Shown: positions 63,935-64,000 of the stretch, one piece after another | Position numbering within the stretch: position 1 is the first letter of the stretch | Layout of the letters: each line of letters starts with the position of its first letter | NCBI RefSeq assembly: GCF_018977255.1 | Contig: NW_024704743.1 | Span: forward strand, 63,056,001 to 63,120,000 | Direction of reading: 5' to 3' | Length of the DNA: 64,000 nucleotides | Origin: Callorhinchus milii | Taxonomy: Eukaryota | Translations under genes and position numbers: made by a program | The notes under the pieces: model-generated | The model's input: only the letters and a program-made list of their open reading frames with translations | The model's database searches: none | What the model was told of the DNA's origin: nothing

Positions 63935-64000
63935 GGAGTCCTGTAGCTCAGTGGTTTGAGCACCCACTTTGCAAGCGAGAGACCTGAGTTCAATTCCAGG
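63935..64000 (+). mobile_element. SINE tRNA-like head, truncated by the window end
   Basis: ggagtcctgtagctcagtggtttgagc..ttgcaagcgagagacctgagttcaattccagg. Confidence 0.85.

Noticed and set aside
59595..64000. SEC61B exon 1 and promoter
   Set aside because: No convincing ATG|GT donor or CpG island in the window. CpG content only starts to rise near 63750-63880, so exon 1 probably lies beyond the window.

Overview
Vertebrate genomic DNA, very rich in transposons. The repeat content (L2 and CR1 LINEs, tRNA-headed Deu-domain SINEs) suggests a cartilaginous fish, which is an inference. The only gene I can identify firmly is SEC61B on the minus strand. Coding exons 2-4 (98, 102 and 88 nt, canonical splice sites) plus an ATG-only exon 1 would give the usual 96-aa protein. 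Exon 1 is not in the window and should lie just beyond 64000. The rest (1-46500) lies 3' of SEC61B and is mostly nested L2/CR1/SINE copies, palindromic MITE-like elements and repeat-free islands that look like enhancers. In human the next protein-coding gene on this side is NR4A3. The most interesting unexplained signal is a chain of minus-strand exon-like segments (45982 down to 25334) with good splice sites and mostly compatible open frames. The first starts in the phase left by SEC61B exon 3, so it could be a read-through/alternative 3' isoform, a separate small gene, a lncRNA, or chance. Most ORF-track entries are decayed LINE/SINE fragments or noise.
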